Under the pieces are notes generated by a model, which saw nothing but the letters and a program-made list of their open reading frames with translations, did no database searches and was not told where the DNA came from. 41,449 bases of DNA, taken from the NCBI GenBank assembly GCA_030626085.1, contig DAOUPQ010000001.1:1-41449 (forward strand), given 5' to 3'. Shown here piece by piece: positions 1 through 10,224 of the stretch. Numbering within the stretch: position 1 is the stretch's first letter; each line of letters starts with the position of its first letter. The position numbers and the translations under genes were made by a program. This DNA is from Flavobacteriia bacterium. Lineage in GTDB: Bacteria > Bacteroidota > Bacteroidia > Flavobacteriales > Flavobacteriaceae.

Positions 1-474
1 TATAATTCAACAAAAGGATTTTATTATTATGGTTTAAAACTTCATGCTTTAGGCTTTCGTAGGATTGGTAAACTCCCACATCCTGAACAAATACTGTTTA
101 CAGCTGCATCTGTCAATGACCTTTCTTTATATAAACAGACATGGTCAGAAATTAAAGATCGAGTATTTTTTGGAGATAAGATCTATAACAATAATGACTT
201 CTTTACAAAAATGAAAGATAAATTTAATTCAGAAATGTTAACGCCCGTAAAAGGAGTAAAAGGAATGCCTGAAGTATTAAAGAAATTTGACAGAGCAGCT
301 AATGATTTGTATTCTAAAGCTGTATCACGAGTAAGACAACCGATAGAATCATTATTTAATTGGTTAATTGAAAAATCTGATATTCAAAAAGCTAGCAAAG
401 TCCGATCAACTAAAGGATTACTAGTTCATGTGTATGGAAGATTAGCTGTGGCTTTTATTACTCTAATATTTTAA
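1..474 (+). mobile_element. IS982-family DDE transposase, 3' part (5' end lies outside the window)
   Basis: Frame 1 is open from base 1 (YNSTKGFYYYGLKLHALG...ASVNDL...FFGDKIY...) and runs into the 211..474 ORF (SRVRQPIESLFNWLIEK...VRSTKGL). YYGxKLH, GDKxY and RQPIESLF are typical IS982 motifs. The stop is followed by CCCTTGATTCGCATT (475-489), a probable right terminal repeat. Confidence 0.85.
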
Positions 475-725
475 CCCTTGATTCGCATTATTAGTATTAA
501 ATTAGTGCTATTCAATAGTTGAGGATGAGGAAGGAAAACCTGCCTTACTGTAAACTGGGCCCTAAAGAAGAATGTCAGAAACAGTTTGGGACTGAGAAGG
601 GCGAAGCCGTGTTTGTGAGTAAACAGTATCAGTAGCAGTAATCAGTTTTGAATATAGGATTACAATATAATAATAGAATAAATCAGTTTAACTCGTGTTA
701 TTCGAGTTCAATAAATAAAATATAT

Positions 726-1700
726 ATGAAAAATTTTGCAATGATTGGTGTAGGTGGCTATGTGGCTGTACGTCACCTAAGAGCAATAAAAGATACAGGA
801 AATAATTTATTGGTTGCTTTAGATAAATTTGACAGTGTTGGTATTATGGATAGCTATTTTCCTGATGCTTCATTTTTTGTTGAATTTGAACGGTTTGATC
901 GGCATGTAGAAAAGCTAAGGAGAAAGAAAAATATTAAATTTGATTATGTGAGTATATGTACACCAAATTATTTACATGATTCCCATATACGTATGGCATT
1001 AAGAAGCGGAGCAGATGCCATTTGTGAAAAACCACTCGTTTTAAATCCATGGAATATTGATGCTTTGGAGAATATTGAAAAAGAGTATCAAAAAAAAGTA
1101 TATACTATCCTGCAATTGCGATTACATCCAAGTATCATTGCTTTAAAAAAGAAAATAGATAATGGGCCTAAAGATAAAATTTATGATGTTGATCTAACTT
1201 ATCTTACTTCAAGAGGTAACTGGTATTATACTTCATGGAAAGGTGATGTTACAAAATCAGGAGGAATTGCAACAAATATTGGAATTCATTTTTATGACAT
1301 GCTATCCTGGGTATTTGGAAAAGTAAAGCATAATACGGTTCATTTGCACACACATGACAGAGCTGCAGGATATTTAGAATTTGAAAAAGCAAGGGTACGA
1401 TGGTTCTTATCTATTAATGATAAAGTATTACCAAAAGATATTAAAGAAAAAGGAAAAAGAACTTATCGTTCCATCACGGTTGATGGAGAAGAAATTGAAT
1501 TTAGTGATGGTTTTTTTGATCTACATACTAAAAGTTATCAAAATATTATAGATGGAAATGGTTTTGGACTAGATGAAGCCAGACAATCCATTGATATTGT
1601 ACATAAGATTCGAAATACAGAGATTAGTGCTTTAAAAGGAGATTATCACCCTTTAGTAAAATTTCCTTTGCTAAATCATCCTTTTAAACTAAATAATTAA
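726..1700 (+). CDS. wbpB: Gfo/Idh/MocA oxidoreductase, WbpB-like UDP-GlcNAcA 3-dehydrogenase
   Basis: MKNFAMIGVGGYVAVRH N-terminus, ICTPNYLH, CEKP, SWKGD..KSGGIATNIGIHFYDML. The ATG at 726 is preferred over the TTG at 648. Confidence 0.85.
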   Translation: MKNFAMIGVGGYVAVRHLRAIKDTGNNLLVALDKFDSVGIMDSYFPDASFFVEFERFDRHVEKLRRKKNIKFDYVSICTPNYLHDSHIRMALRSGADAICEKPLVLNPWNIDALENIEKEYQKKVYTILQLRLHPSIIALKKKIDNGPKDKIYDVDLTYLTSRGNWYYTSWKGDVTKSGGIATNIGIHFYDMLSWVFGKVKHNTVHLHTHDRAAGYLEFEKARVRWFLSINDKVLPKDIKEKGKRTYRSITVDGEEIEFSDGFFDLHTKSYQNIIDGNGFGLDEARQSIDIVHKIRNTEISALKGDYHPLVKFPLLNHPFKLNN

Positions 1701-1994
1701 TTTTTTGAATTTATTTATTTCATTTTCAAAATCACTTGCTTAACTGATGGTGATGTTTTTTTGGCTATGCCTTTGTATTTTTAAAATACATCATATATAA
1801 TATTGGACAAGGATTAGCAAATCATGATTTAAGAAGCAAATATAAATTTCGAAATTCTAATATCTTTATTTGATGATGAAAATTAATAATTTGATAGGAT
1901 GTTCTTGATGTCCTTTTCAAGGATTAATCTTTAGTCACCTTCTTAGAATATATGATTTATAATATTAGTAGATCTTTTTAAAACTTGAATTAAA

Positions 1995-3275
1995 TTGGAA
2001 AATATTGGATACAGATATAATAGATTTATTATTTTTCTTTTAGTAATTTCTCCGTTTTTATCATTTTTCGTATTTACTTATATAGATACACCTTTATCTT
2101 TTATGGGATTAATGCAATTATTATCCTTTATAGGTGTAATATTAATTTTTGTTTTTAAAGATAAAAAACAACCAATTATAATTCCAAAATATTTAATTTT
2201 TTATTTTTTATTTATTCTTTATGTATTTTATTCAGCATTTATACAATTAGAAAGAGATTTTAAAATTATTTATCTGTTTTCTAATCCATTAATAGGGGCT
2301 TTCTTTTTCATGCTAATTATTGAAAATTTACCAATTTCAAAAAAATATTACAGATATATATTTAGGTTGAGTAAATATATTTTGATTATAGCTTTTGTTG
2401 TGATTATTGTTCAACAGGTATATGATCAGGATTTTTATATGAATAATAATGAAAAATTAGATCATTCTTTTTTATCAGGTGTGAATAAAATTAGATTAAA
2501 ATCAATTTATTCCTATTTAACTTTTCTTTCATTTGGTTTAAGTTATTTACCAATATTGATATGGGTTGTGGAAAGTTTGTATAAGAAAAAGAAAAAGGTT
2601 TTAATTTGGCTATTTATGGCAATTATTTATGCATTTCTTTCAAAGGCAAGATGGTTAATGCTAAATACATCACTAGTTTTTGTAATAATTTTAATACATA
2701 ATAAATATAAAATAAAACAAATAGTAAAATTATCGTTATTAATCCCAATTTTTGCCTTTATAACTTATAAATCTCTGAATTCAATTGGTGTAAATGTTGA
2801 TAAGATAATGACTAAAAGAATTTTAGAAAGTGATAAATCTGAAGGGCATAAATCTGCCTCAACACGTATATTAGCAATCAAAGTATTTAAAAAATTATAT
2901 TTGAATAATCCTGTTTTTGGCCATGGAAGTATTAAATATGGGATGGGTGGAACAGGAAAACAAGACTATCAGTTACGTTCAGCCCTAGGTGGTCATTCTT
3001 CTCAAATTCATATAGGATATTTGTCATTATTTTATATGTATGGTTTAATAGGTGGTTTTTTATTTTTAACCTTTCTATATCTATTATTAAAAAAAATGTA
3101 TAAAGATGCTAAAACTACAGGCGTCTGGGCACCTTTTTTAAGTATATTAGGTGTTGCAATGGCTAATCTTACTTTAGTTACTTTTAGTTTTTTTGAAATG
3201 GGATTAATTATTGTATTAATGGTTAATAAATATAATCTTCAAGATAAAGTAGTTAAGAAATCTTTATATGTTTGA
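1995..3275 (+). CDS. wzy: Polysaccharide polymerase Wzy / O-antigen ligase-like membrane protein
   Basis: Many hydrophobic segments and a periplasmic loop (SASTR...NPVFGHG...HIGYLSLFYMYGLIG); adjacent to the flippase. The TTG start is uncertain. Confidence 0.7.
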   Translation: MENIGYRYNRFIIFLLVISPFLSFFVFTYIDTPLSFMGLMQLLSFIGVILIFVFKDKKQPIIIPKYLIFYFLFILYVFYSAFIQLERDFKIIYLFSNPLIGAFFFMLIIENLPISKKYYRYIFRLSKYILIIAFVVIIVQQVYDQDFYMNNNEKLDHSFLSGVNKIRLKSIYSYLTFLSFGLSYLPILIWVVESLYKKKKKVLIWLFMAIIYAFLSKARWLMLNTSLVFVIILIHNKYKIKQIVKLSLLIPIFAFITYKSLNSIGVNVDKIMTKRILESDKSEGHKSASTRILAIKVFKKLYLNNPVFGHGSIKYGMGGTGKQDYQLRSALGGHSSQIHIGYLSLFYMYGLIGGFLFLTFLYLLLKKMYKDAKTTGVWAPFLSILGVAMANLTLVTFSFFEMGLIIVLMVNKYNLQDKVVKKSLYV

Positions 3276-4632
3276 AAAAATAGTTATTTTTTTTAAAGGG
3301 CATAAGCGAACTGTTAAAGCCAAAAAAAATATTGTTGCATCACTTATAATTAAAGGTATAAGTATAATAATTGGGTTTTTGATAATAAGGATAACCTTAG
3401 ATTATTTAGATCAAACAAAATATGGAATATGGCTTACCCTTTCCTCATTTTTAACATGGTTTGCATTTTTCGAAATAGGCTTAGGGAGTGGATTAAAGAA
3501 TAAATTAGCTGAAGCACTTGCCCTTAAAGATTATGATTTGGCTAAAATTTATGTAAGTACAACCTATAGTATTTTAGCTATAGTTATTAGTATTGTTGCC
3601 ATAATTTTTTTTATTGGAAATTCATTTATTGATTGGACAATTATCTTAAATACTGACAAACTTCTTTCGAAAGAATTAAGTATTTTAGTTTTAATTGTTT
3701 TTAATTTTTTTTTCCTCCAGTTTGTAATAAAACTTATTAGCATTGTCTTAATTGCCGATCAACGCCCTGCAATTGCAAATTCTTTTGGTCCAATAGGAAA
3801 TTTACTATCGCTAATATTTATATTTATTTTAACTAAAACAACAAATGGCTCATTAATTTATTTGGGATGGGTATTAAGTGTTTCTCCAATAATTGTACTT
3901 ATTGTTGCAACAATTTATTTTTATAAAACTGATTACAAAAAGATTGCACCTTCAATAAATTTCATTGACTTTAGTTATGGAAAAGATCTTTTAAATTTGG
4001 GACTCAAATTTTTTTTAATTCAGATATCTGCATTAATAATGTTTCAGTCATCAAATATAATAATTACTCAGTTTTATGGTCCAGCAGAAGTTACTCCATT
4101 TAATTTAGCTTATAAGTTATTTTCTGTGATTACAATGTTGTTTACAATTATAGTTTCACCTTTTTGGGCTGCGTTTACTGAAGCTTGGGTAATCAAAGAT
4201 TTGGTTTGGGTAAAAAAAACGATTAAAAACCTTTTATATATTTGGCTTGGCTTGGTTGTTTTAGCAGTGATATTATTCATAATTTCAGACTCTTTTTTTG
4301 CTTTTTGGATAGGAGAAGATAAAATGAAAACAATGCTGATATCGAAAAAACTGAAAATTTTATTAATTATATATTTTTTACTATTTTCTTTTGGTGGAAT
4401 ATTTAATATGTTTATTAATGGTGTTGGAAAAATTACAATTCAAATGTATTCACTTTTAATAGGTGCTATTCTATTTGTTCCGATAGCGTTCTTTTTTATA
4501 AAATATTTAAATTGGGGTGTAGAAAGCGTTGTAATTGCTTCTATTCTAGCAAATTTTTATTCACCTATTATAGCACCATATCAATATTATAAAATTCTTA
4601 ATAAAAAAGCTTATGGTATTTGGAATAAATAA
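3268..4632 (+). CDS. wzx: Oligosaccharide flippase Wzx (MOP/MATE superfamily)
   Basis: Polytopic membrane protein with KYGIWLTLSSFLTWFAFFEIGLGSGLKN and YGPAEVTPFNLAYKLF, typical of Bacteroidota Wzx. Confidence 0.85.
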   Translation: MFEKIVIFFKGHKRTVKAKKNIVASLIIKGISIIIGFLIIRITLDYLDQTKYGIWLTLSSFLTWFAFFEIGLGSGLKNKLAEALALKDYDLAKIYVSTTYSILAIVISIVAIIFFIGNSFIDWTIILNTDKLLSKELSILVLIVFNFFFLQFVIKLISIVLIADQRPAIANSFGPIGNLLSLIFIFILTKTTNGSLIYLGWVLSVSPIIVLIVATIYFYKTDYKKIAPSINFIDFSYGKDLLNLGLKFFLIQISALIMFQSSNIIITQFYGPAEVTPFNLAYKLFSVITMLFTIIVSPFWAAFTEAWVIKDLVWVKKTIKNLLYIWLGLVVLAVILFIISDSFFAFWIGEDKMKTMLISKKLKILLIIYFLLFSFGGIFNMFINGVGKITIQMYSLLIGAILFVPIAFFFIKYLNWGVESVVIASILANFYSPIIAPYQYYKILNKKAYGIWNK

Positions 4633-5305
4633 AAAGTATTTTTCATATATCTTAAAACCATATTTAATTTATGTTCATTATAAAAGGAATAAACTATTAA
4701 ATAAATATAAAGATAAATCTCTATTTTTGGGAATTTATGTTTCAATTAAGGATTCTTTAATTGGTTACCATGTTTATTTAGGCTCAAAGGTTAGACTAAA
4801 AAATTCTGAAATTGGTAATCATAGTTATGTAAATGCAAATACAATCATAAACCATACAAAAATTGGAAAGTTTTGTTCTATTGGACCTGATGTGCAGTTT
4901 GGAATGGGTAAACATCCAACAAATTTAATATCTACACATCCTGCATTTTATTCAAACAACAAAGTTTTTAAAACCTTTGCAAATAAAAATCAATTTAAAG
5001 AATATGAAGAAATAGTTTTGGGTAATGATGTTTGGATTGGTGGTAACGTTATAATTATGGGGGGAGTAAATATTGGTGATGGTGCAATTGTGGCAGCAGG
5101 TGCAATTGTTACCAAAAATGTAAAACCATATGAAATAGTTGGAGGAATACCAGCTAAACATATTAAGTTTAGAATTGATAAAAAATTAATTAACAAAATT
5201 AGATCAACAAAGTGGTGGGATAAGGATGAAAAATGGCTTGAGGAGAATTATAAATTATTTTTAAATCATAAAATTTTTTTCAAATATTTTGAAATTAATA
5301 GATAG
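4613..5305 (+). CDS. CatB-related (xenobiotic-acyltransferase-type) LbH O-acetyltransferase
   Basis: Hexapeptide repeats; IGKFCSIG, HP, LGNDVWIG, IGDGAIVAAGAIVTK, GGIPAKHIKFR and a WWD tail. Confidence 0.85.
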   Translation: MVFGINKKYFSYILKPYLIYVHYKRNKLLNKYKDKSLFLGIYVSIKDSLIGYHVYLGSKVRLKNSEIGNHSYVNANTIINHTKIGKFCSIGPDVQFGMGKHPTNLISTHPAFYSNNKVFKTFANKNQFKEYEEIVLGNDVWIGGNVIIMGGVNIGDGAIVAAGAIVTKNVKPYEIVGGIPAKHIKFRIDKKLINKIRSTKWWDKDEKWLEENYKLFLNHKIFFKYFEINR

Positions 5306-5351
5306 AATTGTTGTAATATTTTAAAAGGTATTTTTTATAAAAAAATAGACT

Positions 5352-5380
5352 TGTAATATACCTCAAAAATAAGACAAGTT
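5352..5380 (+). mobile_element. Possible isolated IS3-family terminal repeat remnant
   Basis: TGTAATATACCTCAAAAATAAGACAAGTT has a 5'-TG start and resembles IS3-type ends as I recall them. No transposase follows. Confidence 0.3.
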
Positions 5381-5739
5381 TATAAGTAGATCAAAAGTTA
5401 ACCTTTAACTGTAAATTGTGAGAGTAAAATGATAGAAACTAGAATTTATTAGCACTTTATTGTGAGTGTGGCAGACAATTCAATACGAACTATAAAAAGT
5501 AAATATTTCAGATATATGTTAAAACTCAAAAGCTATAAATTCAATTAATAAATTTATAAAATGCTTAAAAAGAAATTACAGTGGAAAATAACAATGTATT
5601 TTTATATTAGGATGCAGATTTATATATAGTATATATACCAAAGACAGATATAGGATGGTATTTTTAGAAATGGGTGCATAGACTTTTTAAATTTTGCAGG
5701 GAAATTAAGTATAAATCATAATAAATAAAATCAATTTAA

Positions 5740-6750
5740 ATGTTCAAAAATAAAATACTTTTAATAACAGGCGGTACTGGTTCATTTGGAAATGCAGTAT
5801 TAAATAGATTTATAAAGTTAGATAAATTTAAAGAAATTAGAATATTTAGTAGGGATGAAAAAAAGCAAGATGATTTAAGAAAACAACTAAATAATTCAAA
5901 AGTTAAATTTTATATTGGAGATGTCCGCGATCAACGATCAGTAGATAATGTTGTGAATGGTGTTGATTATATTTTTCATGCAGCTGCTTTAAAACAGGTA
6001 CCGTCATGTGAATTTTTTCCGATAGAGGCAGTAAAAACTAATGTTTTAGGTACTGAAAATGTATTAGAAGCAGCAATTAACAATAATGTTAAAAGAGTAA
6101 TAATTCTAAGTACTGATAAAGCTGTTTATCCTATTAATGCAATGGGTATTACAAAAGCATTAATGGAAAAAGTTATGGTGGCAAAATCTCGTAATGCAAT
6201 GAGCTCCGTATTATGTGGTACACGTTATGGAAATGTTATGGCTAGTAGAGGTTCAGTAATTCCACTTTTTATAGATCAATTAAAGCATGGTAAGAACTTA
6301 ACTATAACCGATCCTAAAATGACACGCTTTATGATGACACTTGAAGATGCTGTTGATTTGGTTTTATTTGCTTTTGAGCACGGAAATCAAGGAGATATTT
6401 TTGTGCAAAAATCTCCAGCATCTACGATTGAGGTTTTGGCAAAATCTTTAATTGAGTTATACAATTCTAAGAGCGAAATATCGATTATTGGTACTCGGCA
6501 TGGAGAGAAATTGTATGAATCTTTAGTAAATCGAGAAGAAATGATTAAGGCAGAAGACATGAAAAATTATTTCCGAATTCCTGCCGATAATCGAGATTTA
6601 AACTATAATCAATTCTTTTCTGAAGGACATGTGGATATGGCAAAGATAGAAGAGTACCATTCACATAATACTGTAAGATTAGACATTGAGGCAACAAAAA
6701 ATCTTTTATTAAAACTAGAAATTATCAAAGAAGATTTGAATATAACTTAA
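5740..6750 (+). CDS. fnlA: UDP-GlcNAc 4,6-dehydratase/epimerase FnlA (WbjB/Cap5E type)
   Basis: TGGTGSFG, FSRDEKKQDDLR, HAAALKQVPSCEFFP, STDKAVYPINAMG, RYGNVMASRGSVIP, GTRHGEK. Confidence 0.92.
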   Translation: MFKNKILLITGGTGSFGNAVLNRFIKLDKFKEIRIFSRDEKKQDDLRKQLNNSKVKFYIGDVRDQRSVDNVVNGVDYIFHAAALKQVPSCEFFPIEAVKTNVLGTENVLEAAINNNVKRVIILSTDKAVYPINAMGITKALMEKVMVAKSRNAMSSVLCGTRYGNVMASRGSVIPLFIDQLKHGKNLTITDPKMTRFMMTLEDAVDLVLFAFEHGNQGDIFVQKSPASTIEVLAKSLIELYNSKSEISIIGTRHGEKLYESLVNREEMIKAEDMKNYFRIPADNRDLNYNQFFSEGHVDMAKIEEYHSHNTVRLDIEATKNLLLKLEIIKEDLNIT

Positions 6751-6771
6751 TTAGAGAATGTTAAATTATAA

Positions 6772-7905
6772 ATGGATAGAATAAAAGTAGGTATAACTGG
6801 GCAGGATGGTTTTGTGGGTACACATCTATATAATTTTTTAAAATTGAATGATAGATTCAAAGTTATTGATTTTAAAGATGAATATTTTCTATCTAAAGAT
6901 TCATTAAATGATTTTGTTTTAAAATGTGATGCAATTGTTCATTTAGCAGCTATGAATCGACATAAAGACGATAAGGTTTTATATGACACTAATGTTAAGT
7001 TAGTTGAACAACTTATAAAAGCCTGTAATCATTCTAACTCTAAGCCTCATATTTTATTTTCTTCCTCCATACAGGAAAAAAGAGATAATGCTTACGGTAA
7101 ATCGAAATTTAAAGGAAGAGAATTATTAGAAAAATGGGCAGAGGAGAATAAAGCAGGATTTACAGGATTAATTATACCTAATGTTTTTGGCGCTTTTGGA
7201 AAACCTAATTATAATTCGGTCGTTGCTACATTCTGTTATAAATTAACTCATAATGAGATTCCAAAGATTAATATAGATGGAGAATTAGAATTAATTTATG
7301 TACACAAGTTAGTTGAAGAAATTATTGACAAGATAAGAGAACAATACAAATCAAAAGAAATAAAAATAGATAGATATTTGGTTCCTTATCAATACAATGC
7401 CAAGGTTTCAGAAATACTATCAGTTTTAGATAATTTCAAAGAGATATATTTTAAAAAAGGTATTTTTCCCGATTTAACTAAAGGATTTGAAAAAGATTTT
7501 TTTAATACTTTTCGAACTTATATAGATGAAAATCATTATCCATTTCATTATACAAAACATGAAGACAATAGAGGAATCTTTGTTGAAATAGCCAAAACAA
7601 ATAGTTCTGGTCAATTTTCATATTCTACAACAAAACCAGGGATAACCAGGGGAAATCACTATCATACCCGTAAAGCAGAAAGATTTGCGGTAATTAAAGG
7701 TAAGGCGTTAATTCAGTTAAGAAGAATAGGTACGGGAAAAGTTGTTAATTATGAATTGGACGAGGATAATCCCTCATTTGTAGATATGCCTATCTGGACA
7801 ACTCATAATATTCTCAATATTGGAGAAGATGAATTAGTAACTTTATTTTGGATCAATGAACCGTATAATCAAGAAGATCCAGATACTTATTTTGAAAAAG
7901 TTTAG
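6772..7905 (+). CDS. fnlB: SDR reductase + C-terminal cupin, FnlB (WbjC/Cap5F type)
   Basis: TGQDGFVG, YGKSK, PNVFG..GKPNYNSVVATFC; cupin region DNRG...RGNHYHTRKAERF...DPDT. Confidence 0.88.
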   Translation: MDRIKVGITGQDGFVGTHLYNFLKLNDRFKVIDFKDEYFLSKDSLNDFVLKCDAIVHLAAMNRHKDDKVLYDTNVKLVEQLIKACNHSNSKPHILFSSSIQEKRDNAYGKSKFKGRELLEKWAEENKAGFTGLIIPNVFGAFGKPNYNSVVATFCYKLTHNEIPKINIDGELELIYVHKLVEEIIDKIREQYKSKEIKIDRYLVPYQYNAKVSEILSVLDNFKEIYFKKGIFPDLTKGFEKDFFNTFRTYIDENHYPFHYTKHEDNRGIFVEIAKTNSSGQFSYSTTKPGITRGNHYHTRKAERFAVIKGKALIQLRRIGTGKVVNYELDEDNPSFVDMPIWTTHNILNIGEDELVTLFWINEPYNQEDPDTYFEKV

Positions 7906-7915
7906 GCTATAAAAG

Positions 7916-9325
7916 ATGTTATTTAATTCTATCCACTTTATATATTTCTATACGATAGTTCTATTACTATATTTTCTTTCTCCATATAGATGGCGATGGG
8001 CAATACTTCTAATTTCCAGTTATTATTTCTATATGAGTTGGAATGTGAACTATGTTTTTTTAATTTTATTTACAACTGTAGTTTCCTATGTATCAGCAAT
8101 TCAAATTGAGAAATCTTACAGTAATAAAGAGAAGAAAATATATTTAATTATTTCAATTGTTGCAAGCTTAGGAGTTTTATTTTTTTATAAATATTTTAAT
8201 TTTTTCGGATCTTTTATTAATTCGGTTTTAGATATTACTAATCAAGATCAAGATGTACGAATCCCTTATTTAAAAATATTATTACCTGTTGGAATTTCTT
8301 TTTATACGTTTCAAACACTTAGCTATTCTATAGATGTTTATAATGGGCTTATAAAAACAGAAAGACATTTTGGAATTTATGCACTATATGTTTCGTTTTT
8401 TCCTCAATTGGTTGCTGGACCGATAGAAAGAAGTACTCGATTGTTACCCCAATTTAAGGTAAAACACAAAATATCATTGGAGAATTTTGTTATTGGGTTT
8501 AAATGGGTCATTCTAGGTTATTTCATGAAACTCGTAATTGCCGATAGATTAGCATTATATGTTGATTCTGTTTATAACAATGTTTATCATAATTCAGGTG
8601 TTACATTTGTTATTGCAACCTTTCTTTTTGCCTTTCAAATTTTTGGAGACTTCGCAGGGTATTCAAGCATTGCAATTGGAATAGCCAGAATAATGGGTTT
8701 TAAATTAATGACAAATTTTAACAGGCCTTATTTTGCTAGTTCAATAAGTGATTTCTGGCATAGATGGCATATTTCTTTATCTACATGGTTTAGAGATTAT
8801 TTTTATATACCCTTGGGGGGTAGTAGAGTTAGTGTTCCAAGATGGTATTTGAATTTGTTTTTAACTTTTTTGGTAAGTGGTTTATGGCATGGAGCAAACT
8901 GGACTTTTATAATTTGGGGAGGTTTACATGGTTTATATATCATGACAGAAAATTTCTTTAAACTAAAGGAAAAAGGAAAACAGAAAGGTATTGAAAGAGT
9001 TTTTCGAGTAATAATTATTTTTATTCTTGTTGATTTTGCTTGGATTTTTTTTAGAGCAAATAATGTAACAGAAGCTTTTTATATCATAAAAAATATTGGG
9101 GATATCAGTTCAGATATTTTTGTTGATTATAAAGTTTTTTTTTATGGTTTAATAGGGTTAATAATATTATTTATCAATGATTATTTTATTGAAAAAAACA
9201 AAGATTCAATTATTTTAAATTCAAAATTAAATAGTAAAGTAGTACTTTATTTTGCTTTTTTAGTTTGTGTTATTCTTTCTATTGGTGTTTTTAATGGAGG
9301 TCAATTTATTTATTTCCAATTTTAA
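7916..9325 (+). CDS. MBOAT-family O-acyltransferase (AlgI/PatA/DltB-like)
   Basis: MLFNS start, LPVGISFYTFQ, FFPQLVAGPIER, DFAGYS, FWHRWHISLSTWFRDY, SGLWHGANWTF (catalytic His), FIYFQF C-terminus. Confidence 0.95.
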   Translation: MLFNSIHFIYFYTIVLLLYFLSPYRWRWAILLISSYYFYMSWNVNYVFLILFTTVVSYVSAIQIEKSYSNKEKKIYLIISIVASLGVLFFYKYFNFFGSFINSVLDITNQDQDVRIPYLKILLPVGISFYTFQTLSYSIDVYNGLIKTERHFGIYALYVSFFPQLVAGPIERSTRLLPQFKVKHKISLENFVIGFKWVILGYFMKLVIADRLALYVDSVYNNVYHNSGVTFVIATFLFAFQIFGDFAGYSSIAIGIARIMGFKLMTNFNRPYFASSISDFWHRWHISLSTWFRDYFYIPLGGSRVSVPRWYLNLFLTFLVSGLWHGANWTFIIWGGLHGLYIMTENFFKLKEKGKQKGIERVFRVIIIFILVDFAWIFFRANNVTEAFYIIKNIGDISSDIFVDYKVFFYGLIGLIILFINDYFIEKNKDSIILNSKLNSKVVLYFAFLVCVILSIGVFNGGQFIYFQF

Positions 9326-10224
9326 TGAAGAATTCAAATATTAAATATATTATTCTTTTTATTAGTACAATTTTATTTGTAGATGTTGTTGATGGGAATT
9401 TGTTGAAAAGACAATTTCAAAAGATTTCGTCTGGTACTTATGGTAAAATTAATAATAGTTTAAGGTCAAACTCTGAATTACTTATTCTGGGAAGCTCTAG
9501 AGCAATGCATCATTACAATCCGAATATACTATCAAAAAACACAGAACTTTCTTGTTATAATACAGGGTTAGGAGGTTATGGTCTTTTTTATAATTATGCA
9601 ATTTTGAACGAACAAGTAAAAATTCATTCTCCAAAAGTTGTTATTATTGATTTGTCTCCAAATGTAATAGTTGATGATAAATCTTATACCAAATTAAATA
9701 TGTTATTACCCTATTATAAAGATTACAATTCTTTTCAAGAAATAATTAGATTGGATCCTAAATTTTCAAAATTAGAAGTGATTTCAAATATGTATTTGTA
9801 TAATTCAACACTATATAACCTTTTTAGAAGTAATTTTGGAAAAAAAGTTGATGATAATAATGGATTTGAACCTCTAAACAGCAAAATTAATGAAATGAAT
9901 TTTGCACCTTTTAATTTTCGAAATGAACAAATAGACCCAAATAAACTAATTTACTTAAAAAAGATAATATCAATATGTAACTTATATAATATAAAGTTAA
10001 TTGGAGTAGTATCCCCAACATACCTCAAATATGATAGTAATAATATAATTATAAATCGGTTTAAAGAAATTTTTTATGCAAATAATTTAGAATTTTATGA
10101 TTATTCTGATTTTTTTAGATTATATAAAGACCCTAAATATTTTAAAGATCAGCTTCATATGAATCAATCTGGTGCAGAAATCTTTTCTGAGGATTTATCA
10201 AACAAAATAATGAATGGATTATAA
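9325..10224 (+). CDS. SGNH-like periplasmic partner of the MBOAT (AlgJ/PatB/DltD-like)
   Basis: N-terminal membrane anchor, ILGSSRAMHH block I and FKDQLHMN (DxxH). Translationally coupled to the MBOAT gene (TAATG). Confidence 0.7.
   Translation: MKNSNIKYIILFISTILFVDVVDGNLLKRQFQKISSGTYGKINNSLRSNSELLILGSSRAMHHYNPNILSKNTELSCYNTGLGGYGLFYNYAILNEQVKIHSPKVVIIDLSPNVIVDDKSYTKLNMLLPYYKDYNSFQEIIRLDPKFSKLEVISNMYLYNSTLYNLFRSNFGKKVDDNNGFEPLNSKINEMNFAPFNFRNEQIDPNKLIYLKKIISICNLYNIKLIGVVSPTYLKYDSNNIIINRFKEIFYANNLEFYDYSDFFRLYKDPKYFKDQLHMNQSGAEIFSEDLSNKIMNGL

Noticed and set aside
648-725. N-terminal extensions given by the ORF track (648, also 21082 and 22667)
   Set aside because: Family similarity begins at downstream ATGs (726, 21121, 22709).
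4613-5305. Chloramphenicol/streptogramin resistance gene (catB/vat)
   Set aside because: Same fold, but it overlaps wzx inside a polysaccharide operon, so a sugar O-acetyltransferase is more likely.
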